From: Candidatus Lloydbacteria bacterium RIFCSPLOWO2_01_FULL_50_20
GTDB taxonomy: Bacteria > Patescibacteriota > Minisyncoccia > Phycocordibacterales > UBA6899
Assembly: GCA_001821435.1 (NCBI GenBank)
Contig: MHLP01000038.1
Span: forward strand, 1-48,555
Length of the DNA stretch: 48,555 bases
Direction: 5' to 3'
The notes under the pieces were generated by a model. It was not told the DNA's origin. It did not search any database and worked only from the letters and a program-made list of their open reading frames with translations. Position numbers and translations under genes: made by a program. Within the stretch, counting starts at the first letter, position 1; each line of letters begins with the position of its first letter. Positions 8,319-17,613 of this stretch are shown here, one piece after another.

Positions 8319-9335
8319 TTATTGAAAGTAGTTGATCTTCATCTTGGTCTTCACTTCTCTTAACACTTCCCTTGCCGTCTGTCGCGCCTTGCGTGTTCCC
8401 TCCTCGAGAATATCCATTACGAGGTTTGGGTCGCCGGCTAATTCACGGCGTCGCTCGCGTATCGGGTCGAGGACGTCATTCAATATCGCGGCAAGGCGTT
8501 TCTTCAGGACCACATCGCCCAATCCCCCCTTTTTATACTGTTGTTTTAATTTCGCTAACCCCTTCGGGTCGGGATCGAAGATATCGAGATAACTAAAAAC
8601 AACATTGCCCTCAACTTTGCCGGGGTCGCTTGCGTGGACGTGCTTCGGGTCAGTGTACATTTTCATCACTTTTTCCTCGACCACCTCTTCTTTGTCGGCA
8701 AGAAAGATCGCGTTGTTCAAGGACTTCGACATCTTCGCTTTGCCGTCGATACCCATCAGGCGGCCGTGTTTTGCGACAACGGGCTTGATGCGGTCAAATG
8801 TTTTGCCGTAGATGCGGTTGAAGGAATCCACGATCTCGTTCGTCTGTTCGAGGACGGGGAGTTGATCTTCGCCTACGGGAACGCGGTTCGCCCTGAAGGT
8901 GAGAATGTCCGCCGCCTGCGAAACGGGGTACATGAGAAAGCCTGCGGGAACGCTCTCACCCTTGAAGCCTTTTTGTTCGATCTCGGTTTTTACCGTCGGA
9001 TTTTGCTTGAGGCGCGAGATGGTGACGAGGTTGAGAAAAAATATCGTGAGCTCAGCGATCTCCTGCACCTGAGACTGGATGAACATCGTCGTTTTCTTCG
9101 GGTCCATTCCGCACGCGAGGTTGTCGAGGGCGACATCGAGTACGGCCGCGCGGACCTTTGCGGGATCCTCGGCGTTGTCGGTCAAGGCCTGCACGTCGGC
9201 GATCATATAAAACAGTTTCCCGCTTGCCGTTTTCTGGAGTTTCAGGCGGTTCTCGATAGAGCCCAAAAAATGGCCCAAATGGAGCTTTCCTGTGGGCCTA
9301 TCCCCCGTGAGCACCGTTTCCTCGCTATTCTTCAT
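8319..9335 (-). CDS. trpS: Tryptophan--tRNA ligase
   Basis: TGDRPTGKLHLGH, YPVSQAADI, VPVGEDQ, KMSKS. Confidence 0.97.
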   Translation of the reverse strand: MKNSEETVLTGDRPTGKLHLGHFLGSIENRLKLQKTASGKLFYMIADVQALTDNAEDPAKVRAAVLDVALDNLACGMDPKKTTMFIQSQVQEIAELTIFFLNLVTISRLKQNPTVKTEIEQKGFKGESVPAGFLMYPVSQAADILTFRANRVPVGEDQLPVLEQTNEIVDSFNRIYGKTFDRIKPVVAKHGRLMGIDGKAKMSKSLNNAIFLADKEEVVEEKVMKMYTDPKHVHASDPGKVEGNVVFSYLDIFDPDPKGLAKLKQQYKKGGLGDVVLKKRLAAILNDVLDPIRERRRELAGDPNLVMDILEEGTRKARQTAREVLREVKTKMKINYFQ

Positions 9336-9411
9336 TTGAGAGCCATTCTAGCATGAAAATACGCGGTTTGGTAGGGCGCGGCGTTCATGAAACTTCCCCG
9401 CAAAACATTTA

Positions 9412-9440
9412 TTGACAAGATACAAAATAGGATGTATATT
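9412..9440 (+). promoter_or_regulatory. Sigma70-type promoter
   Basis: TTGACA-17 nt-TATATT. Confidence 0.75.
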
Positions 9441-9493
9441 TTTATCAGAGTAGTTTTTGTAAACCAAATGACCTAGAGAAAAGGGGTAGTCAA

Positions 9494-9802
9494 ATGAGCG
9501 ATCTTTTCTTCGCCATGCTCAGCATCTTTCTCGTTGTTTTAGTCGGCGTTCGCGGGGTGTTCGTCGAGGACACCGTCGCGCGAGACGCACTCGCTAGAGA
9601 AGGGTTCACGAATGTCCGCGTTACCGACCGTGCGTTTTTCTTCGTCGGCTTTCGCGGATGCGACATCACGGAGGCGGTGCGGATCATCATCGTCGCAACG
9701 GATCCAAGAGGTGTGGATGTGCCGGTCTATGTGTGCGCCGGATGGCCGCTTGCCGATACAAGGATAGTATATCGACTGCGCAGGGAAACCACGATCATAT
9801 GA
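9494..9802 (+). CDS. Small exported/membrane-anchored hypothetical protein
   Basis: N-terminal hydrophobic helix, two Cys, AAGGGG SD and upstream promoter. Confidence 0.7.
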   Translation: MSDLFFAMLSIFLVVLVGVRGVFVEDTVARDALAREGFTNVRVTDRAFFFVGFRGCDITEAVRIIIVATDPRGVDVPVYVCAGWPLADTRIVYRLRRETTII

Positions 9803-9845
9803 ATTTCCTGCTGCTTCCTACCACCATTGGATAAGGAGGTGTCAC

Positions 9846-10370
9846 GTGGATCATCTGATCCTTCCGCTTACGAAAAGCTCGTGGATGGACGGCCGCATTG
9901 GACCGATCGAAAAACAGGATTTCTTTGTAAGTATAAAAAGGGCAAAGACGCTGCATGCCCGACACCCCGATTCGAAGATTCTCGTTTTAAGCAACGTCCA
10001 AGTGGGCGGATGCGAGCACGAGGTTGACTGTTCCCTGCGGGCACTATGCATGCTCGATGTGCCCAGTGGGGATATCCTTGTTTTGAGGAAAGGATGTGAG
10101 ACCATCGAGCAGTTGGAAATCGCTCGAGATATCGCAAAGAAAGAGGGTGCCAAACTGGTCGTCGTTTCGACATGGCTCCACTACCTGCGCGTGCGCTGGC
10201 TTGCGCGCGGCATGGGTGCGGAACACCATATCACATACGGCAGACCGCGTCTGCGTGAGGCGCTTACCGACATTGCCCTTATACCTGGGATGATCTTCAT
10301 TGATCTTCTGGGGCGTCGAGAGTGGTTCAAGAAAAAAGTCGAAAAACGCCGACTGAGCGGCAAGCATTGA
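9846..10370 (+). CDS. YdcF/DUF218 (ElyC/SanA-like) family protein
   Basis: ETIEQL..LVVVSTWLHYLRVRWL motif; AAGGAGGT SD before a GTG start. Confidence 0.7.
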   Translation: MDHLILPLTKSSWMDGRIGPIEKQDFFVSIKRAKTLHARHPDSKILVLSNVQVGGCEHEVDCSLRALCMLDVPSGDILVLRKGCETIEQLEIARDIAKKEGAKLVVVSTWLHYLRVRWLARGMGAEHHITYGRPRLREALTDIALIPGMIFIDLLGRREWFKKKVEKRRLSGKH

Positions 10371-10376
10371 TGTGCG

Positions 10377-10408
10377 AACAAGCGGGAAAACCCCGCTTGT
10401 TTTTTTAT
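10377..10408 (+). terminator. Intrinsic terminator
   Basis: AACAAGCGGG/CCCGCTTGTT stem followed by a T-tract. Confidence 0.8.
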
Positions 10409-10416
10409 TCTTTTTT

Positions 10417-10441
10417 GGTAATCCATAGGTCGGACTTATGT
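10417..10441. repeat. Half copy of the AAGTCCGACCT REP-like palindrome
   Basis: Exact reverse complement of 12124-12148 (25 bp). Confidence 0.85.
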
Positions 10442-10613
10442 AGAGCCATTGTGGCTGCGTCATGAAAGAACCCGAGCGCGCTTTTTTGCGGATGTTCAAG
10501 TACCGCTCCTTTCTTGTGAACAGCCGAGAGAACCGATCGCTCATTGAGTGCCGTGATCTTTTTTTGTCATGATTTGGTTGCGCAGTGGCATAGTGTGGCA
10601 TATTTATAGAGGA

Positions 10614-11702
10614 TTAAATCCCCTCCTTTTTTAATTCTTCGATCATTTTTTTCACTTTTCCGGAAAGGCGCGTCGGTGTTTTGATGTTCACGTGAATAAG
10701 TATGTCGCCGGAATGTCCGCGACCGGGATTGGGAACCCCGCGGTCTTTTAGGCGGAGCGTGTCGCCGAATTTCACGCCTTCCGGTATTTTGACGTCGATC
10801 TGTTTTCCGTCGAGCGTGGCGATCTTATAGGTTGCGCCCAATAGTGCATCCGAGAGTTTTACGTCGAGTGTCATGACAAGATTTTGTCCTTCGCGGTGAT
10901 ACAGCGGATGGGGCTTCACGTGCATTTTGACATAGAGATCACCCGGGATCCCTCCGTGCGCTACCGCCTCGCCTTTTCCGCTCATTCGAAGCATTTCGCC
11001 CGCGTTGATCCCCGGGGGAATATTGATCGTGATCTCTTCTTGTTTTTTCAGGACCCCGGCTCCTCCGCAGGCTTTGCACTTTTCTTCGGGGATCTCTCCT
11101 TTTCCGCCGCACGTACTGCAGACGTGAACGGTTGAAAAATTGCCAAGAAACGATTTACGCATTTCCGTCACACGGCCTTTGCCGTTGCACGTCGCACACT
11201 TTTTCATCTTCATGCCCGGCTTCGCTCCGGTACCGCTGCAGATATCACAAAGGGAGGCTTTCCCCAGCAGTACTTTTCGCTGGGTTCCAAAGACACTTTC
11301 CTCAAAGGTGATCTCAATATCGATAGAAATATCCCTGCCGCGTTCGACACGGGTTCCTCCCGCGCCGCTATAGCCGCCGCCGAACAGGTCGCCGAATATG
11401 TCGCCCAAGTCCACGCCTTCGAAACCCTGCCCGCCAAAACCGCCGAAGCCCTCAAAGCCGGAATGTCCCTGCCCCCCGCCGCCTTGCCCGCCGCTCCATG
11501 TTTGCCCGTAAGTATCATACTCACGGCGCTTTGTCTCATCGGAGAGCGTCTGGTATGCCTCGCTCACTTCTTTGAACTTGGCCTCGTTGCCGCCGTTCTT
11601 GTCGGGGTGATATTGGTGCGCGAGTTTATGGAACGCTTTTCGTATTTCGTCCTTCGAAGCTTTCCGGTCAACGCCTAAGGTCTGGTAATAGTCTTTTGCC
11701 AC
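10614..11702 (-). CDS. dnaJ: Chaperone DnaJ
   Basis: J-domain with HPD, G/F-rich region and four CxxCxGxG motifs. GTG start 10 nt after TATACT. Confidence 0.97.
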   Translation of the reverse strand: MAKDYYQTLGVDRKASKDEIRKAFHKLAHQYHPDKNGGNEAKFKEVSEAYQTLSDETKRREYDTYGQTWSGGQGGGGQGHSGFEGFGGFGGQGFEGVDLGDIFGDLFGGGYSGAGGTRVERGRDISIDIEITFEESVFGTQRKVLLGKASLCDICSGTGAKPGMKMKKCATCNGKGRVTEMRKSFLGNFSTVHVCSTCGGKGEIPEEKCKACGGAGVLKKQEEITINIPPGINAGEMLRMSGKGEAVAHGGIPGDLYVKMHVKPHPLYHREGQNLVMTLDVKLSDALLGATYKIATLDGKQIDVKIPEGVKFGDTLRLKDRGVPNPGRGHSGDILIHVNIKTPTRLSGKVKKMIEELKKEGI

Positions 11703-11734
11703 AATGGTGAAAAGTATAGCAGTTTTTCGTCTGT

Positions 11735-11763
11735 TTGACAAGATGCACCTTACATGCTAAGTT
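11735..11763 (+). promoter_or_regulatory. Sigma70-type promoter, divergent from dnaJ
   Basis: TTGACA-17 nt-TAAGTT with a TGn extension. Confidence 0.65.
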
Positions 11764-11802
11764 ATATCCCAGTAGTCAGCGCCCTCAATTTCCGGAGGCA
11801 TT

Positions 11803-12054
11803 ATGAAAAAAGCTTTTTGCGTGTGCATGCAGTATTGTTTTGGAACACAACTTGACGCATTTCTTACGTTGTTCGCGATGATGCTGTTCGCGGGCGCTGT
11901 TGTGCTCGCAATGCAGATGGGTTTATGGTACTTCTTCCTCGGTATCCTTGTCCCATCGCTTATAGTCGGAGTGGTCATGGCCCTGGTTTACGCCCTCGCG
12001 CTAGTGATGGTGAGAATTGTCAAGGGCTGCAAACAACGGCACGATCAGGAGTGA
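11803..12054 (+). CDS. Small two-TM membrane protein
   Basis: GGAGG SD, own promoter and terminator; Cys-rich N-terminus (CVCMQYC). Confidence 0.7.
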   Translation: MKKAFCVCMQYCFGTQLDAFLTLFAMMLFAGAVVLAMQMGLWYFFLGILVPSLIVGVVMALVYALALVMVRIVKGCKQRHDQE

Positions 12055-12080
12055 ACCGACATGTCGCTGTGATCAAGAGC

Positions 12081-12104
12081 CCCTCCGTGTGAGGGATTTT
12101 TTTT
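12081..12104 (+). terminator. Intrinsic terminator
   Basis: CCCTC/GAGGG stem followed by T8. Confidence 0.65.
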
Positions 12105-12123
12105 ATTTGCAAAACACAAGAAA

Positions 12124-12165
12124 ACATAAGTCCGACCTATGGATTACCATAGGTCGGACTTATGT
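12124..12165. repeat. Perfect 19-bp-arm palindrome (REP-like doublet)
   Basis: ACATAAGTCCGACCTATGG-ATTA-CCATAGGTCGGACTTATGT. Confidence 0.9.
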
Positions 12166-12227
12166 AATATGTTGCTTCTTAATTTTTCTAGACCCCAGTA
12201 CTACTGCTGGCAGCAAAAGGAATACGG

Positions 12228-12279
12228 GGTTAAGAAAAATATAGTCGTCAGGGAACACTGACTCCTCATTTTTCTAAAC
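12228..12279 (-). repeat. Stop-codon-overlapping hairpin element, dnaK copy
   Basis: GTTTAGAAAAAT..GACTATATTTTTCTTAACC; related copies follow rplQ and rpsK. Confidence 0.7.
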
Positions 12280-14193
12280 GTCGTGAACGGTTCCGCCCGG
12301 CTGTCCTCCCTCGGGAGGAGGTGTTCCCCCGCCTTCGGGAGGTGTTTGCGGCGGAGTTTCGGCTTGCTGTGTCTTCGCCATCGCTTCACCGATATGCTGC
12401 ATGGAAAGTGAGAGTGCTTCGGTCGCCTTCTTGATCGCATCTATGTCCGTGCCGTCCCTCACTTTCTTTACCTCGGCGATCTTTGCTTCGACATCGGCTT
12501 TTATGTCCGCAGGCACCTTGTCTCCGCTGTCGCGCAAGGCTTTTTCCGCCGTGTAGGCCGTACTTTCGGCGATATTCTTTACCTCGACCGTTTCCTGTTT
12601 TTTCTTATCTTCATCCGCATGCATCTCCGCTTCCTTTTTCATCCGTTCAATGTCGTCTTTGGAAAGCGAGGAGCGTGCCTCGATGCGGATCGACTGCTCT
12701 TTGCCGCTTGTCTTGTCTTTCGCTTTGACATTCAAGATGCCGTTCGCGTCGACGTCGAAGGTAACCTCGACCTGCGGCATTCCTCGCGGTGCGGGTGGTA
12801 TACCATCCAGCATGAATTTTCCGAGCGATTTATTATCCCCTGCCATCGGGCGCTCACCTTGCACGACATGCACTTCCACAGACGTTTGATTATCGGCCGC
12901 GGTGGAAAATATCTGCGAACGCGATGCGGGGATGGTCGTGTTCTTGTCGATCAAGTGTGTTGCGATCCCTCCCATCGTTTCGATGCCCAGAGAGAGCGGA
13001 ATGACGTCAAGGAGAAGAATGTCCTTAACGTCCCCCTGCAGAATTCCTCCCTGTATCGCAGCGCCGGCCGCGACAACTTCGTCGGGGTTTACGGTCATGT
13101 TCGGTTTTTTTCCGAAATATGCTTCAACGACCTTTTGGATAAGAGGCATGCGCGTCTGCCCGCCGACGAGAATAATCTCGTGGATATCAGGGACCTTGAA
13201 CGGCGAAGCTTCCATGGCGCGCTTAGTGATCTCCATCGCACGGTCGACGAATTCCTGCGTCAGTTCCTCAAGTTTTGCGCGGGAGAGCTTGATGACAAGG
13301 TGTTCCGGTCCGTTCGGGCCCGACGTGATGAAAGGAAGGTTCACCTCGGTCTCGATAGCGCTCGAGAGCTCGATCTTCGCCTTTTCCGCACCTTCATCAA
13401 GGCGCTGTTTGGAGAGCGGGTCTTGGCGTACGTCGATACCGGATGTTTTCTTGAATTCCTCGGCAAGCCAGTTGATGATTTTCTGGTCGATATCTTTTCC
13501 GCCGAGATGCGCGTCACCGTCAGTCGCCTTCACCTCGATGACGTCGTTTCCCACTTCAAGAACGGAGATATCAAATGTGCCGCCGCCGAAGTCGAAGACG
13601 GCGATCTTTTCATCTTTCTTTTTATTAAAACCATATGCGAGCGCCGCCGCGGTCGGCTCGTTGATGATGCGCTTCACCTCAAGGCCGGCGATCTTCCCGG
13701 CGTCTTTTGTCGCCTGGCGCTGTGCGTCGTTGAAGTATGCCGGGACCGTAATGACCGCCTCGGTGATCTTCTCTCCCAATTTTGCTTCCGCGTCCGTCTT
13801 TAATTTTTGGAGGATCATCGCGGAGACTTCCTCGGGGCGGTACCATTTTGCTTGCCCTGAGCCTGCCGAAGGGTCTCCCATTTGTACCTCAATACCGCCG
13901 TTTGCCGACTTCCGCATTTCGAACGACACCGCAGCACGGTCTTTCTGCACTGCCGACTCGTCAAAATTGTGCCCAATAAAACGCTTGATCTGATAGACGG
14001 TATTTTTAGGATTCGTTACCGCCTGGCGTTTCGCGGAAAGTCCGACGACACGCTCGTTCGTCTTGGCGACAGCAATAATAGAAGGAGTGGTGCGTGCACC
14101 TTCGGCATTTTCGATGATCCGAGGCTCCCCCGCTTCAACAACAGCCATTGCGGAGTTGGTCGTCCCCAGATCGATGCCAAGTATCTTTGCCAT
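12274..14193 (-). CDS. dnaK: Chaperone DnaK
   Basis: [32 protein letters not shown]. Confidence 0.99.
   Translation of the reverse strand: MAKILGIDLGTTNSAMAVVEAGEPRIIENAEGARTTPSIIAVAKTNERVVGLSAKRQAVTNPKNTVYQIKRFIGHNFDESAVQKDRAAVSFEMRKSANGGIEVQMGDPSAGSGQAKWYRPEEVSAMILQKLKTDAEAKLGEKITEAVITVPAYFNDAQRQATKDAGKIAGLEVKRIINEPTAAALAYGFNKKKDEKIAVFDFGGGTFDISVLEVGNDVIEVKATDGDAHLGGKDIDQKIINWLAEEFKKTSGIDVRQDPLSKQRLDEGAEKAKIELSSAIETEVNLPFITSGPNGPEHLVIKLSRAKLEELTQEFVDRAMEITKRAMEASPFKVPDIHEIILVGGQTRMPLIQKVVEAYFGKKPNMTVNPDEVVAAGAAIQGGILQGDVKDILLLDVIPLSLGIETMGGIATHLIDKNTTIPASRSQIFSTAADNQTSVEVHVVQGERPMAGDNKSLGKFMLDGIPPAPRGMPQVEVTFDVDANGILNVKAKDKTSGKEQSIRIEARSSLSKDDIERMKKEAEMHADEDKKKQETVEVKNIAESTAYTAEKALRDSGDKVPADIKADVEAKIAEVKKVRDGTDIDAIKKATEALSLSMQHIGEAMAKTQQAETPPQTPPEGGGTPPPEGGQPGGTVHDV
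13849..13872 (-). repeat. In-frame 24-bp palindromic insertion (PSAGSGQA) in dnaK
   Basis: Near-identical to the aspS insertion. Confidence 0.85.
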
Positions 14194-14304
14194 AATATGT
14201 TGAATTTATTGCTTACTGTTAATAATAAAGATCATAAAAACTTTTTATAAAATTTATACTTCTCTGCTCTATCATTTTACTCCATTTTCGTTTCCGAAGT
14301 AGCA

Positions 14305-14970
14305 TCAACCGGGTTTGTCCGCTTCGTGCTTTGGGGCGGCGGGTTCCCCGTAGATCTTTACCCGAGGCGAACAAAGCAGCCTGCCGTTCAGGCGGTATCC
14401 CAGCTGAATAACCTCGGCTATCTTATGGTTCCGGGCTTTGTCGTCTGTGGGCACCACGCCGACTGACGTGTGCTCGTTGGGATCGAAGTCCTCGCCTTCG
14501 GGGTTGATCTCGCTTAAACCGTGCTCGCGCAGTATTTGCAGGAGCTGCGTATGGATATATTCCACGCCGTTTCGCCACGCAGGATCCACCCGTTCCCAGG
14601 CTTCTTTGTTCGCGAAGGCAGAATGGAAGCTCTCAAGAACAGGCAAGAGGTCGTCAATGACCCCTTCGCCGGCAAACTTAAGAAACTCCGCCTTCCCTTC
14701 TTCTTCGCGTTTCCGATAATTCACAAAATCCGCCTTTGCCCGTTGCCAGCCGTCGAGATTGGCTGTCTTTTCCTTTGTGCATTCGCGGAGCTTATTCCGC
14801 AAACGTTTGATCTGGTCTTCGGGCGTCGTAGAGCTCCCCGAATCGGCGTCATCGTTGTACGACTCTATCTCAACATCATCAACAGCCTCGTCGTCGAAAG
14901 CGTTTGGCACTCCGTCTTTTGGCATCGGGATACCTTGTCGGTCGTTGTCAATGTGTTTCTGGTCATCCAT
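14305..14970 (-). CDS. grpE: Nucleotide exchange factor GrpE
   Basis: RAKADFVNYRKR, FDPNEH, GYRLNGRLL; directly upstream of dnaK. Confidence 0.96.
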   Translation of the reverse strand: MDDQKHIDNDRQGIPMPKDGVPNAFDDEAVDDVEIESYNDDADSGSSTTPEDQIKRLRNKLRECTKEKTANLDGWQRAKADFVNYRKREEEGKAEFLKFAGEGVIDDLLPVLESFHSAFANKEAWERVDPAWRNGVEYIHTQLLQILREHGLSEINPEGEDFDPNEHTSVGVVPTDDKARNHKIAEVIQLGYRLNGRLLCSPRVKIYGEPAAPKHEADKPG

Positions 14971-15036
14971 AGGTTCGAAATATAGCAGAAAATCCTTTAA
15001 CTGTCAAAAAGTGATCAAGTGAGGCTTGAGATAAAC

Positions 15037-15516
15037 TTAACGTTTTGACCACTGGCTCGCCTTTCGGGCTTTCTTCAGTCCAAAATGTTTGCGTTCCACC
15101 TGACGGGAATCGCGTTTCAAAAATCCCATTTTTTTGAGCTCCTTTTTTTGCGCCGCGTCTTCTCCGACAAGTATGCGTGAGAGTCCATGGCGGATAGCTT
15201 CTGCCTGAGCATGAATACCGCCCCCCTTTACATGTGCGGAGATCGTGTATTTGCCCGGGAATCCTTCGCGGGTTACCGGTGCCATAACGATCGCGCAAAG
15301 GGTCGGCGTGCCGAAATATTCCTCAAGGGGTTTGCCGTTCACGGTAATGATGTTTTTAGCGGATGCTCCGGCGCGAACCCGTGCAATGGCGGTCTTTCTT
15401 CGTCCGACTGCTTCCATGTAGACGGCAGATTTCGCGAGCTTCACCGCCTTAACGGAGCGTGCTGCCGCTTTCGGCTGCGTCGGTTTCACTGTCTTTGGTT
15501 TTGCTGTCGTTGCCAT
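15037..15516 (-). CDS. rpsI: 30S ribosomal protein S9
   Basis: GRRKTAIARV, GGGIHAQAEAIRHG, KARKASQWSKR. Confidence 0.98.
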   Translation of the reverse strand: MATTAKPKTVKPTQPKAAARSVKAVKLAKSAVYMEAVGRRKTAIARVRAGASAKNIITVNGKPLEEYFGTPTLCAIVMAPVTREGFPGKYTISAHVKGGGIHAQAEAIRHGLSRILVGEDAAQKKELKKMGFLKRDSRQVERKHFGLKKARKASQWSKR

Positions 15517-15519
15517 GAT

Positions 15520-15864
15520 TTATTCTTCAATAATTAAATGCTTCAATCTTTTCTCGCGAAGTGTATTTCCCGGAAGCATGCCTTTTATTGCGCGCTTGAG
15601 CGCCTCCTTTTGGCCCTTGGTCGCGATAATATGCGCTAAAGAAAGCGAGCGATCCGATCCGGGGTAACCGCTGTGACTGTGATACTTCTTCTGAAGTAAT
15701 TTCTTTTCGGAAATATTGAGCGCCTTCGCATGGGTGATACGAACCGTAACATTCGCCACAACATTTTTTTTTACCGAGGGAGAATTCTTCGCTAAGAGGA
15801 CTTTGGCCGCTTCGCTCGCGACCCGTCCGAGCGATTTCCCTCTCGCATCAATGATGTATTCCAT
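15520..15864 (-). CDS. rplM: 50S ribosomal protein L13 (short form)
   Basis: IDARGKSLGRVAS, HSGYPG, AIKGMLP. Confidence 0.96.
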   Translation of the reverse strand: MEYIIDARGKSLGRVASEAAKVLLAKNSPSVKKNVVANVTVRITHAKALNISEKKLLQKKYHSHSGYPGSDRSLSLAHIIATKGQKEALKRAIKGMLPGNTLREKRLKHLIIEE

Positions 15865-15907
15865 ATTAGAGATTGTTAGCGAGTGAAACGAGTTTATAAT
15901 CTCTTAT

Positions 15908-16146
15908 ACCCCGCACCACTTTTGCCTGTAACCTACCCTGCGACGCGCGGGCGAACCCCAGAAGCAAAGCTACGCTTGCTACGGGGCAAGTAGTCCGGCG
16001 TGCACAAGCACGACTAAACGGCCTTACTTGTCCCGTAGTTTGCGAAGCAACACTACTGGGATTCAGGCCAGCGTCGCGGAACAATTTTGATGCAAGTGGT
16101 AAGTTGTGCGTGGGTATCATATGTTTAGCAAAAGTTGGTACGGGGT
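15908..16146. mobile_element. ~240-bp MITE-like element with nested hairpins
   Basis: Terminal inverted repeats ACCCCGCACCACTTTTGC / GCAAAAGTTGGTACGGGGT; internal hairpins at 15955-15987 and 16031-16061. Confidence 0.65.
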
Positions 16147-16186
16147 CAAGTAAATTATAGTCGCTTGGCTCCTTAATTTTCTAGAC
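16144..16186 (-). repeat. Stop-codon-overlapping hairpin element, rplQ copy
   Basis: GTCTAGAAAATTAAGGAGCCAAGCGACTATAATTTACTTGACC. Confidence 0.65.
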
Positions 16187-16540
16187 AAACTCTATCGTTG
16201 CTAATGGACTCGCGTCTCCTCTGCCGCTTCGGTTTCCCAGTTTGGTGATCCGCGTATAACCGCCCTTTCTGTCGAAATATTTAGGCGCGATCTCCTTCAC
16301 CAGCATATTAGTGAGTTTGGCGTTATTGTTGAGACGCGATTTGAGCAGCCGGACATCAGCGATCGACGCCTTTCGTGCTTTGGTGACAAGTTTCTCTATG
16401 GCCGGGCGGAGTGTTTTTGCACGCGCCTCGGTTGTGGTGATCTTACCGTGTGTGATCAGGGCCGCCACCAAAGAATGGATGAGCGCGTCTCGCTCGCCTC
16501 TTTGCAGTCCGAATTTTCTGTTTGAATGATGATGTTTCAT
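16181..16540 (-). CDS. rplQ: 50S ribosomal protein L17
   Basis: ITTTEARAK, RKGGYTRI, RGDASP. Confidence 0.98.
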   Translation of the reverse strand: MKHHHSNRKFGLQRGERDALIHSLVAALITHGKITTTEARAKTLRPAIEKLVTKARKASIADVRLLKSRLNNNAKLTNMLVKEIAPKYFDRKGGYTRITKLGNRSGRGDASPLATIEFV

Positions 16541-16572
16541 CGTAAGCTCTTTAGTGGGGTCGTTGATCTATT

Positions 16573-17547
16573 TTATTGCTTCAGTGTGACACCGAAATTA
16601 GAAAGTGCCCGGCGGATCTCCTGAAGTCCTTTTTCGCCGAGGCCCTCGACGTCGAGGAGGTCTGCTTCGTTCTTGCGTACGAGGCCGCCGACGGTACGGA
16701 TGTTCGCTGTAGCGAGTGCGTTCTGTGTTCTTGCTGAAAGATCAAGCGAATCGATGCGCGTTTTGAGAAATTCGGTATCCACCTCCGCCTCTCCCTGTAC
16801 GGGCACAATTTCCTCGGATGCTTCGGCGGAGGGCACTGATTCGATCAGTTCTTCTTCTTTGAACCCGATGATCGCTTTCAGCTGGTGGATCATCACATCG
16901 ATCGCCGTCTCAAGCGCCACGCGCGGAGTCAGCGTACCGTCCGTTTCGATCGTGATCATCAGGCGGTTGTAATCGGTGCGGTCACCGACGCGCATCGTTT
17001 CAACCTCATAGTTGACGCGGCGGATCGGCGTGAAAGCTGAGTCGAGCGCGATCGAACCGATCTCAACTTTTTCTTTCCGGATCGCCTCTTTGGGAAGATA
17101 GCCGAGTCCTACTTCGACCTTCATTTCAATATTAAGCGATGCGTTTTTATCGGTGAGTTCGCAGATGTACTGCTCAGGGTTCAGTACATCGACGCCTCCG
17201 ACAACATTGATATCGGCCGCCGTCATCTTTTTTGCGCCCTTCATCGAGATCGTCACGATCTGAGGTTCGTCAGTCGACATCTTGAAGCGCACCTTTTTCA
17301 AATTGAGAATGATCGTAATGACGTCTTCCTTTACGCCGTCTATCGTGGAAAATTCATGGAGTACTCCTTCGATCTTGAGCTGTGTCAGTGCGGCGCCGGG
17401 AAGAGATGAGAGAATAATGCGGCGCAGTGAATTTCCGAGCGTATGGCCATAGCCGGGATAAAGACCTTCGATCTCATAAACACCCATATTCCCTTCCTCA
17501 CGGACGGGTTTGGGTTTTGACGGCAATGCAACGTTATAATCAGACAT
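16573..17547 (-). CDS. rpoA: RNA polymerase alpha subunit
   Basis: GYGHTLGNSLRRIILSS, HEFSTIDGVKEDV and an alpha-CTD. Confidence 0.99.
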   Translation of the reverse strand: MSDYNVALPSKPKPVREEGNMGVYEIEGLYPGYGHTLGNSLRRIILSSLPGAALTQLKIEGVLHEFSTIDGVKEDVITIILNLKKVRFKMSTDEPQIVTISMKGAKKMTAADINVVGGVDVLNPEQYICELTDKNASLNIEMKVEVGLGYLPKEAIRKEKVEIGSIALDSAFTPIRRVNYEVETMRVGDRTDYNRLMITIETDGTLTPRVALETAIDVMIHQLKAIIGFKEEELIESVPSAEASEEIVPVQGEAEVDTEFLKTRIDSLDLSARTQNALATANIRTVGGLVRKNEADLLDVEGLGEKGLQEIRRALSNFGVTLKQ

Positions 17548-17613
17548 ACCTATTGGGATTGATTATGTTAATAAAGAATGCTCAATACATTATACTACAG
17601 CCCTTCCTCTCGA

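Noticed and set aside
10044-10601. 185-aa minus-strand ORF after dnaJ
   Set aside because: It runs through the repeat, the terminator and antisense to the DUF218 gene. The first ~55 codons might be a remnant but cannot be supported.
12290-12355. PPEGG repeat at the DnaK C-terminus as an inserted element
   Set aside because: DnaK tails are normally low-complexity and variable; there is no clear match to the other repeat families.
12619-13993. Long plus-strand ORFs (394 and 363 aa) opposite dnaK, and similar shadows opposite aspS, trpS, rpsD, alaS and murC
   Set aside because: They are antisense shadows of conserved genes caused by codon bias, with no motifs or expression signals.
14194-15036. 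CIRCE operator for grpE-dnaK
   Set aside because: No TTAGCACTC-N9-GAGTGCTAA is visible, and there is no hrcA in the window.
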